Assembly (NCBI GenBank): GCA_016932475.1
Contig: JAFGCU010000120.1
Coordinates: forward strand, 4,562 to 68,561
Length of the DNA stretch: 64,000 nucleotides
Reading direction: 5' to 3'
Source of the DNA: Anaerolineales bacterium
GTDB lineage: Bacteria; Chloroflexota; Anaerolineae; Anaerolineales; RBG-16-64-43
Position numbers and translations under genes: made by a program. Of the stretch, positions 15,595 through 22,352 are shown piece by piece. Position 1 is the first letter of the stretch; every line of letters begins with the position of its first letter. The notes under the pieces are model-generated. The model ran no database searches, was not told where the DNA came from, and was given only the letters and a program-made list of their open reading frames with translations.

Positions 15595-18471
15595 GTGAGA
15601 ACCGATGCCATCTGGCCCGTCCACACCCTCGTCGTCCGAACCCTGCTGAAAAGCGACCCGACCGCCGAGGCGCTCCTCTCCGACGCGCACGCGCTCGGAC
15701 TTAAATCCGTGCGCAAGATCGAACGCGAGCTGCTGTACTTCCTGGAAGGGAAACTGGCCCCCGCCGAGCGCGAGCAGCTCCGCACCGAACTGCTTACCGA
15801 CCCGATTGTCCAGACCGGCGCCTGGCGCGACAAGCCCGCCAAGGCGCCCGCCGGCGCGTTCGTGATCGAGGTCGCCTTGCGGCCGGGCGTGACCGACCCG
15901 GTCGCCGAGGAGATCGTCCGCTGCGCGCAGATGCTCGATATCAAGGGAGTCCAGCGCGCCGCCACCGGCACGCGCTACATCATCCGCGGCGCGCTCTCCC
16001 CCAAGCAGCGCACCATGCTTGCCAGGCGGCTGCTGGCCAACGACGTCATCCAGCGCTTCACCATCGGGCAGATCGAACCGGTCTTCCCCCACCCGGCGGA
16101 ATCCTCCGGGCAGGTGGAGCGCCTTCCGATCCGCAAGCTCGACGACCGCTCTCTGTCCAAACTCAACGCCGCGCGCCTGGCCGCGCTCGACCCCGAGGAG
16201 ATGCGCGCGATCCAAGCCTGGTACATCGAAGAGGACCGCGATCCAACCGACGTGGAATTCGAGATGATCGCCCAGACCTGGAGCGAACATTGCGGCCACA
16301 AGACCTTCAAGGCCGATATCACCGTCGCCGGCGAGGAAGAAACAATCGAGGGACTCCTCGATACCTACATCCGCGCCGCGACGGATGAGGTTCGCGCCGG
16401 CTGGGTGCGCTCGGCCTTCGTCGATAACGCCGGGATCATTGATTTCGACGGCGGCAACGAGGTTTCCTTTAAAGTGGAGACCCACAACCACCCCTCGGCG
16501 ATCGAGCCGTTCGGCGGCGCCAACACCGGCACGGGAGGGGTGATCCGCGATATCCTCGGCGTCTCGGCCAAGCCGATCGCCTCGACCGACGTGCTGTGCT
16601 TCGGCCCGGCGGATGCCAACCCGGACAAGCTCCCCGAGGGTGTTCTCCACCCGCGCCGAATCCGCTCCGGCGTCGTCGCCGGAATCCAGGATTACGGCAA
16701 CAAGATCGGCATCCCGACCGTCTCCGGCGCGATCTGGTACGACCCGGCCTACACCGCCAACCCGCTCGTGTATTGCGGCTGCGTCGGGATCGCCCCCAAG
16801 GGCAAGCACGTCCGCTCACCCAAACCCGGCGACCATATCATCCTGCTGGGCGGCAAGACCGGGCGCGACGGCCTGCGCGGCGCGACCTTCTCCTCGATGA
16901 CGATGGATGCCAAGACCGGCGAAGTCTCCGGCGCCTCGGTCCAGATCGGCGATCCGATCACCGAGAAGGGGTTGATCGAGGTGATCGTCCGCGCGCGCAA
17001 CAAAGGCCTCTACCACGCCGTCACCGATTGCGGCGCGGGCGGGCTTTCCTCCGCCGTAGGCGAAATGGGTTCCCGAATCGGCTTCGACGTCGAACTGCGC
17101 GAGGTCCCGCTCAAGTACGCCGGACTCGCGCCGTGGGAAATCTGGCTCTCGGAAGCCCAGGAACGCATGGTGCTCGCGGTGCCGACGGACAAGCTGGTCG
17201 AGCTGCGGAAGATCTGCAAGATCTTCGACGTCTCCCTGACCGACATCGGCCGCTTCACCAACGACAAGCGCGCTATCGTCCGTTACAACGGCATCACCGT
17301 GCTGGATCTGGAAAATCATTTCCTCCACGAGGGCCAGCCGGTGCGCAAGCTCAAGGCCGTTCTGCCCAAGCCGGTGGAAACGAAGGCGGCCGACGCGCCG
17401 CGCCGGCCCAAGGTGGACAACAACGCGGTGCTCCTCAAGCTCCTGGCGCACCCCAACATCGCCACTAAGGCCGAGACGATCCATGTTTATGATTACGAAG
17501 TCCAGGCCGGCACCTCCGTCAAGCCGCTCACCGGCATCGAGAACGACGGACCCTCCGACGCGGTCGTGCTGGTTCCCGCCGGCGCGAAAGGCTCCAAGGG
17601 GATCGTGCTCTCGGTCGGTTTCAACCCGGAGATCGGCAAAGTGGATCCGTACCGCATGGCTCTCAGCGTGATCGACGAGGCGGTCCGCAACGCGGTGGCC
17701 GTGGGCGCGAATCCGGACCGGATCAGCCTTCTGGATAATTTCTGTTTCGGCGATCCGCTGCGCCCCGAGGTGCTCGGAACGCTCGTCGCCGCCTGCCGCG
17801 GCTGCTACGACGCGGCGCTCACCTTCAAGCTGCCTTTCATCTCCGGCAAGGATTCACTCAACAACGAATACATCGGCTCCGACGGCAGGAAACAAGCCAT
17901 CCCGCCCTCGCTCCTCATTTCCGGGATCGGAATCGTGGACGACGTGTTCGACATCGTCACGATGGATCTTAAAGCCGAGGGCAGCACGGTTTATCTGATC
18001 GGAGAAACGCGCGACGAGATGGGCGGAAGCCATTTCCACCTGGTGCAGGGCGGCGGCGCGGGCGAACCCGCCCCGGACCTGCCCGCATTCGCGCCGGCGC
18101 TCTACCGCTGCCTGCACACGGCGATCCGCAAGGGATTGGTGCTATCCTGCCACGACCTCTCGGAAGGCGGGCTGGCGGTGGCGGCGGCCGAGATGTGCAT
18201 CGCCGGACGGCTGGGCATGCTGCTCGACCTTGATGACGACGATACCACCCTCGCCCTGTTCGGCGAATCCAACAGCCGCTTCCTGGTCGAGGTGGAAAGC
18301 AGCAACGCGATCGCTTTCGAGACCTGCTTCACCGGCGGGATGGGCAATTTTGCGCGGCGGCTAGGCAACACCGTCCCCGGCCGCCGCCTGACCATCTCGA
18401 CGATCGATGAAACCCTGCTCTCGATCTCTGTCGACGATATGGTCAAAGCCTGGAAGGGGAATGTGAAATAA
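15595..18471 (+). CDS. purL: Phosphoribosylformylglycinamidine synthase subunit PurL with N-terminal tandem PurS-like repeats
   Basis: 958 aa. The core has WSEHCGHKTF, ETHNHPSAIEPFGGA and AVTDCGAGGLSSA. The first ~200 aa hold two PurS-like units (…ELLTDPIVQ; …LRPGVTDPVAEEI…RRLLANDVIQRF). GTG start. Confidence 0.9.
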   Translation: MRTDAIWPVHTLVVRTLLKSDPTAEALLSDAHALGLKSVRKIERELLYFLEGKLAPAEREQLRTELLTDPIVQTGAWRDKPAKAPAGAFVIEVALRPGVTDPVAEEIVRCAQMLDIKGVQRAATGTRYIIRGALSPKQRTMLARRLLANDVIQRFTIGQIEPVFPHPAESSGQVERLPIRKLDDRSLSKLNAARLAALDPEEMRAIQAWYIEEDRDPTDVEFEMIAQTWSEHCGHKTFKADITVAGEEETIEGLLDTYIRAATDEVRAGWVRSAFVDNAGIIDFDGGNEVSFKVETHNHPSAIEPFGGANTGTGGVIRDILGVSAKPIASTDVLCFGPADANPDKLPEGVLHPRRIRSGVVAGIQDYGNKIGIPTVSGAIWYDPAYTANPLVYCGCVGIAPKGKHVRSPKPGDHIILLGGKTGRDGLRGATFSSMTMDAKTGEVSGASVQIGDPITEKGLIEVIVRARNKGLYHAVTDCGAGGLSSAVGEMGSRIGFDVELREVPLKYAGLAPWEIWLSEAQERMVLAVPTDKLVELRKICKIFDVSLTDIGRFTNDKRAIVRYNGITVLDLENHFLHEGQPVRKLKAVLPKPVETKAADAPRRPKVDNNAVLLKLLAHPNIATKAETIHVYDYEVQAGTSVKPLTGIENDGPSDAVVLVPAGAKGSKGIVLSVGFNPEIGKVDPYRMALSVIDEAVRNAVAVGANPDRISLLDNFCFGDPLRPEVLGTLVAACRGCYDAALTFKLPFISGKDSLNNEYIGSDGRKQAIPPSLLISGIGIVDDVFDIVTMDLKAEGSTVYLIGETRDEMGGSHFHLVQGGGAGEPAPDLPAFAPALYRCLHTAIRKGLVLSCHDLSEGGLAVAAAEMCIAGRLGMLLDLDDDDTTLALFGESNSRFLVEVESSNAIAFETCFTGGMGNFARRLGNTVPGRRLTISTIDETLLSISVDDMVKAWKGNVK

Positions 18472-18474
18472 CGC

Positions 18475-18590
18475 CGTCCTAACCCCCTCACCCCCGGCCC
18501 CTCTCCCCCTTCCCCTTACGGGGAAGGGGGAGAGGGGTGCCTGAGCCACGGTGTCTTTCGTGGCGAAGGCGGGGAGAGGGGGTTAGGACG
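18475..18590 (+). repeat. 116-nt structured element between purL and purQ (15-bp outer stem enclosing 18-bp and 5-bp hairpins)
   Basis: Outer stem cgtcctaaccccctc (18475-18489) / gagggggttaggacg (18576-18590). Inner stem cccctctcccccttcccc ttac ggggaagggggagagggg (18498-18537). Third hairpin gccac...gtggc. All stems are perfect. Confidence 0.85.
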
Positions 18591-18688
18591 GGAAGCATCG
18601 AACTCTGCACGCACAATTATCGGCCATGGTCCATCGTCCATCGTCCATGGTCCCGTACACAGATAACGAACGGAGAGAACTCTCAACC

Positions 18689-19564
18689 ATGAAACCCCAA
18701 GCCCTGATCCTGCATGCCAACGGCATCAACCGCGATATCGAGACCGCCGCCGCGCTGGAAAAAGCCGGCGCGGAGGCGGATACGGTCCACCTCAACCAGC
18801 TGCGCGAAGGCGGCGTGAAGTGGAACGATTACCAGATCCTGGTGATCCCGGGCGGCTTCTCGTACGCCGACGCGCTCGGCGGGGGAAAACTGATGGCGCT
18901 CGAGATGAACGTCTACTTCGCCGACCAGGTGCGCGAGTTCGTCGAAAGCGGCAAGCCGGTGCTCGGGATCTGCAACGGATTCCAGGCGCTGGTCAAAAGC
19001 GGGATCCTGCCCGGCTCGGTCCGCCTCAAGCCCGCCAAGGCCGCACCCAAGGGCAAGGCGAAAGGGAAGTCCAAACCGAAGGCGAAAGCCAAACCGGCCG
19101 CGGCTCCGAAGATCAAGCTCTCTCCGCCGATCCGCGCCACCCTGACCTTCAACGAAAGCGGCAAGTTCGAATGCCGATGGGTCCACCTCAAACCGGTTTC
19201 GCAAAAGTGCATCTGGACCCAGGAGCTCGAGGAACTGGTCTACTGCCCGGTTGCGCACGGCGAGGGCCGCTTCGTCCTCAAGGATTCCAAAAGTTTGAAC
19301 ACCCTGCGCGCCGGGGATATGGTCGCGCTCACCTACGTCAACCCGGACGGCTCCCCCGCCGGCGGGGAATACCCGATCAATCCCAACGGGTCGCTGGCCG
19401 ATATCGCCGGCATCTGCAACGACAAGGGCAACGTGCTCGGGCTGATGCCGCATCCGGAGGATCACATCCACCAGTGGCAGCACCCGCGCTTCGGTCGCGG
19501 TGAAGCCGGCGAGCTCGGCCTCGCGCTTTACGAAAACGGCGTCTTTTACGCGGAAGAAATGTGA
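18689..19564 (+). CDS. purQ: Phosphoribosylformylglycinamidine synthase glutaminase subunit PurQ, with a K/A/P-rich insertion
   Basis: Carries PGGFSYAD, GICNGFQAL (catalytic Cys) and MPHPE. The start MKPQALILH at 18689 follows GGAGAG. A ~35-aa insert (RLKPAKAAPKGKAKGKSKPKAKAKPAAAPKIKLSPP) follows ILPGS. Confidence 0.9.
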   Translation: MKPQALILHANGINRDIETAAALEKAGAEADTVHLNQLREGGVKWNDYQILVIPGGFSYADALGGGKLMALEMNVYFADQVREFVESGKPVLGICNGFQALVKSGILPGSVRLKPAKAAPKGKAKGKSKPKAKAKPAAAPKIKLSPPIRATLTFNESGKFECRWVHLKPVSQKCIWTQELEELVYCPVAHGEGRFVLKDSKSLNTLRAGDMVALTYVNPDGSPAGGEYPINPNGSLADIAGICNDKGNVLGLMPHPEDHIHQWQHPRFGRGEAGELGLALYENGVFYAEEM

Positions 19565-19571
19565 CATCGTT

Positions 19572-19600
19572 GGGGCGCACGGCTGTGCGCCCTTGTTCGT
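19572..19600 (+). terminator. Rho-independent terminator after purQ
   Basis: ggggcgcac ggct gtgcgccc followed by the T-rich ttgttcgt. Confidence 0.55.
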
Positions 19601-19966
19601 CATCCCGAGGAGCCGAAGGCGACGAGGGATCTGTCATCCGGAGGCCACTGAAGCGGCCGAGGGATCTGCTTTCTCTGTTACATCCAGGCGCGCCCCTTTA
19701 CCCGCGGGGATAAATCCCCGCCCTGGAACACAACGCCCCTCCGGGGCAGAAATCCTCATAATGATCAGTCCGCTTTCGCGGGCTTCGTGTGCCAGCGCCG
19801 GGTTTCAACCCGGCGCGATCATTGGCGTCATTTGTATGTTCCCGTTTTCATCTGTCATCCTGAGCCCCGCAGGGATGAAGAATTGGTTTTTCGTTTTCCT
19901 CCGGGCGCCCCTCGTGGGGACTCTCTGCGAAATGTCATCCCGAAGCCGCTGAAGCTGCTTCGGGAC
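19599..19966 (+). repeat. Cluster of four GTCATCC-type short hairpin repeats
   Basis: Copies lie at 19599-19631, 19633-19666, 19854-19880 and 19934-19966. Each begins gtcatcc(c/g/t)ga and folds back on gggat(c/g) or cggg. Confidence 0.7.
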
Positions 19967-20081
19967 CGGTTACGAATGGGTAATGGCTTCTCCCGCACGT
20001 ATTCCCCCACCTGCCTTATAATTACTCCTGCGGTCATCATTCCATCTTTCTCATCATTTCATCCGTTTTTTGGAGATCCTG

Positions 20082-20663
20082 ATGCTTCAATCCCAGGCAC
20101 AAACGCACATTAATTCCCGCGCCCTGGCCCGCATCGCGGCCGTCGGCGCCTTCGCAGCCCTCAGCGCAATCTCGGCCCGCGTAACCGTCAACCTGCCATT
20201 CACCCCCGTCCCCGTCACGCTGCAGGTGCTGGTCGTCCTGCTCGCCGGGCTGTCCTTGGGCCCGCGCGAGGGCGCTCTCAGCCAGCTCGCCTACCTGGCC
20301 GCGATCACCGCCGGGCTTCCGCTCGACGCGCGCATGCTCGGCCCGGCGGTTTGGGCCACACCCACCGCCGGCTACCTGCTCGGCTTCGCAGCCGGCGCCT
20401 TTGCCGCCGGCTGGGTCGCCGAGCGCGCGCGCGGCCGTCTCCCCGGCGCCGAATTCCTCGCCGTCGCGGCCGGGATCCTCGCCCTCTACGCCTTCGGCGC
20501 ATCCTGGCTGACGGTGTTCTTCCTGCACGGAAACCTCGCCGCCGGTGTTGCCGCCGGCATCGCTCCCTTCGTCCTGATCGATTCCCTAAAAGCGGCGGCC
20601 GCGGCTCTGCTTTCCGGCGCCGGCCGCGGCGCTGTCCGCGCCCTGACGGGAGGCCGCCCATGA
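20082..20663 (+). CDS. bioY: Biotin transporter BioY
   Basis: LPFTPVPVTLQVLVVLLAGLSLGPREGALSQLAYL...TAGYLLGF is a typical BioY core. The ATG at 20082 follows GGAGAT. The stop overlaps the purC start (ATGA at 20660-20663). Confidence 0.8.
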   Translation: MLQSQAQTHINSRALARIAAVGAFAALSAISARVTVNLPFTPVPVTLQVLVVLLAGLSLGPREGALSQLAYLAAITAGLPLDARMLGPAVWATPTAGYLLGFAAGAFAAGWVAERARGRLPGAEFLAVAAGILALYAFGASWLTVFFLHGNLAAGVAAGIAPFVLIDSLKAAAAALLSGAGRGAVRALTGGRP

Positions 20664-21631
20664 TTTCCTCCGAACAGATCCGCGCCGCCCTGCCCCTCGC
20701 CCTTGGAGAAACGCATCTCCCGCTTCAAGAACGGCGCACCGGTAAAGTCCGCGATTGGTACACGCTCAACGACCAGAGCAAACTGTTCATCACCACCGAC
20801 CGGCTTTCCGCTTTCGACCGGATCCTGGCGCGCGTGCCCTTCAAAGGCCAGGTGCTCAACCAGCTCTCCGCCTGGTGGTTCGATATCACCCGCGACCTGA
20901 TCGACAACCAGATGGTGAACATTCCGGATCCGAACGCGATTGTCGCGCGGACGGTCAGACGCTTCCCGGTCGAGATCGTCGTGCGCGGCTACATCACCGG
21001 CGTGACCACCACCGCGCTGTGGTACCGCTATTCGCTCGGCGAGCGCAGCATTTACGGCTACACCTTCCCCGACGGTTTGAAGAAGAATCAGGCGCTGCCG
21101 GAGCCGATCCTCACCCCGACCACCAAGGGCGATGAAGGCGCGCACGACGAGCGCCTAACCTGCGCCGAGGTGGTCGAACGCGGCCTGCTGGATGCCGCCA
21201 CCTGGGAAAAAGCCGGCACGGCGGCGCTGGCGGTCTTCCGCCGCGGGCAGGAGATCGCCGCGCGTTCCGGCCTGATCCTGGTCGACACCAAATACGAGAT
21301 GGGCCTTTCCACCGACGGGAAAGTGACGCTGATCGACGAGGTCCACACGCCGGATTCCTCGCGCTTCTGGAAGGCGGATTCCTACGCCGAAAAATTCGAA
21401 GCCGGCGAGGAACCGGAGAACTTCGACAAGGAGATCGTGCGCCTGGCGTATGCCGAGAAAGGCTACCGCGGCGACGGCGAACCGCCCGCCATGCCCGACG
21501 ATCTGTGGATCGCCGCCAGCGAGCGCTACATTTCTATCTTCGAGATGCTCACCGGCCGCAATTTCGAAGCGGCATCCTATCCGGCCGAACCTCGAATTCT
21601 CGAGAATCTCAAGCGGGCGGGGATCATATAA
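20660..21631 (+). CDS. purC: Phosphoribosylaminoimidazole-succinocarboxamide synthase, long (~320 aa) form
   Basis: Contains GKVRDWYTL...LFITTDRLSAFDRIL and LILVDTKYEMG. 323 aa counted from the ATG at 20660. Confidence 0.9.
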   Translation: MISSEQIRAALPLALGETHLPLQERRTGKVRDWYTLNDQSKLFITTDRLSAFDRILARVPFKGQVLNQLSAWWFDITRDLIDNQMVNIPDPNAIVARTVRRFPVEIVVRGYITGVTTTALWYRYSLGERSIYGYTFPDGLKKNQALPEPILTPTTKGDEGAHDERLTCAEVVERGLLDAATWEKAGTAALAVFRRGQEIAARSGLILVDTKYEMGLSTDGKVTLIDEVHTPDSSRFWKADSYAEKFEAGEEPENFDKEIVRLAYAEKGYRGDGEPPAMPDDLWIAASERYISIFEMLTGRNFEAASYPAEPRILENLKRAGII

Positions 21632-21633
21632 CT

Positions 21634-21707
21634 CCTCCCCCATTAGCGTTGGGGAAGGAGTAGATTCTAAAATAACCAACCCCTCCCCCCAACGCTAATG
21701 GGGGAGG
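21634..21707 (+). repeat. 21-bp perfect-stem hairpin between purC and purE
   Basis: cctcccccattagcgttgggg (21634-21654) pairs with ccccaacgctaatgggggagg (21687-21707) around a 32-nt loop. It is followed by the ggaggacagaggaggggg motif. Confidence 0.85.
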
Positions 21708-21744
21708 ACAGAGGAGGGGGAGGGGCAGGAGCAAGGAGCCGCAC

Positions 21745-22236
21745 ATGTCCAACGCTTTGGTCGTCATCCTGATGGGTTCGAAAGCCGACGAGGAACACTG
21801 CCGCAAGATCGCCGAGGCGGCCCGCGCGCTCGGCCTCGAAACGGTCCTGCGGGTGGGCTCGGCCCACAAGACTCCCCAGCATGTGATCGATCTGCTGCGG
21901 CAGTTCGAAGCCGATCCGCGCCCGAAGGTCTACATCACCGTGGCCGGCCGGAGCAACGCGCTTTCGGCCTTCGCCGACGGTCTGGTTGCGGCGCCGGTGA
22001 TCGCCTGCCCTCCGCCAAGCGAAGCCTTCGGCGGCGGGGATATCTTCTCCTCGCTGCGCATGCCCTCCGGCATCGCGCCGGCCGTTGTGCTCGAACCCGC
22101 CAACGCCGCGCTCCTGGCGGCCAAGATCCTCAGCCTGGCCGATCCGGCCCTGGCGGCGAAGGTGTCTGAGTATCAGAAGGCGCAGGCCGGCAAGGTCCTC
22201 TCCGACGATAAAATGGTGGGCGGCGCAAAGGGGTAA
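21745..22236 (+). CDS. purE: PurE, class II-like (AIR carboxylase type)
   Basis: VAGRSNALSA and APVIACPPPSEAFGGGDIFSSLRMPSGIA align with the class II signature I remember from human PAICS (VAGRSNGLGP; YPVISCPP...VWSSLRLPSGLG). They do not align with the class I signature AGGAAHLPGM. AAGGAG precedes the ATG. Confidence 0.85.
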   Translation: MSNALVVILMGSKADEEHCRKIAEAARALGLETVLRVGSAHKTPQHVIDLLRQFEADPRPKVYITVAGRSNALSAFADGLVAAPVIACPPPSEAFGGGDIFSSLRMPSGIAPAVVLEPANAALLAAKILSLADPALAAKVSEYQKAQAGKVLSDDKMVGGAKG

Positions 22237-22272
22237 AATACGGGCGCGACATCCGTTCGCGGACACAGGGAG

Positions 22273-22316
22273 GGACACGAAGGATTGAACGCACTGCTTC
22301 GTGTCCTTCTTTTTCC
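22273..22316 (+). terminator. Rho-independent terminator after purE
   Basis: ggacacgaag (22273-22282) pairs with cttcgtgtcc (22297-22306), followed by ttctttttcc. Confidence 0.6.
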
Positions 22317-22352
22317 GGCGGGAATTTTTGTGTCCGGTGAAAGGTGCAAGGC

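Noticed and set aside
14998-16809. 603-aa minus-strand ORF. Similar long ORFs lie antisense to well-supported genes: 22173-23858(-), 28873-30417(-), 34498-36261(+), 37383-39656(+), 55595-57751(+), 26550-27668(-) and 43260-44468(+).
   Set aside because: Each lies opposite a gene with unmistakable family motifs (purL, purF, purH-like, GGDEF, hexokinase, acs, purD, GH). Their translations are Arg/Gly/Pro/Ala-rich low-complexity strings typical of stop-poor antisense frames in high-GC DNA. None has a recognisable motif or ribosome-binding site.
20351-20659. Long N-terminal extensions offered by the ORF track. Examples are purC from 20351, purN from 29676, guaB from 31744, rpe from 38063, hexokinase from 39698 and GH94 from 60548.
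   Set aside because: The extensions are Arg/Pro-rich nonsense that overlaps the preceding gene or intergenic repeats. Internal ATG or GTG codons with Shine-Dalgarno sequences give proteins of the normal family length.
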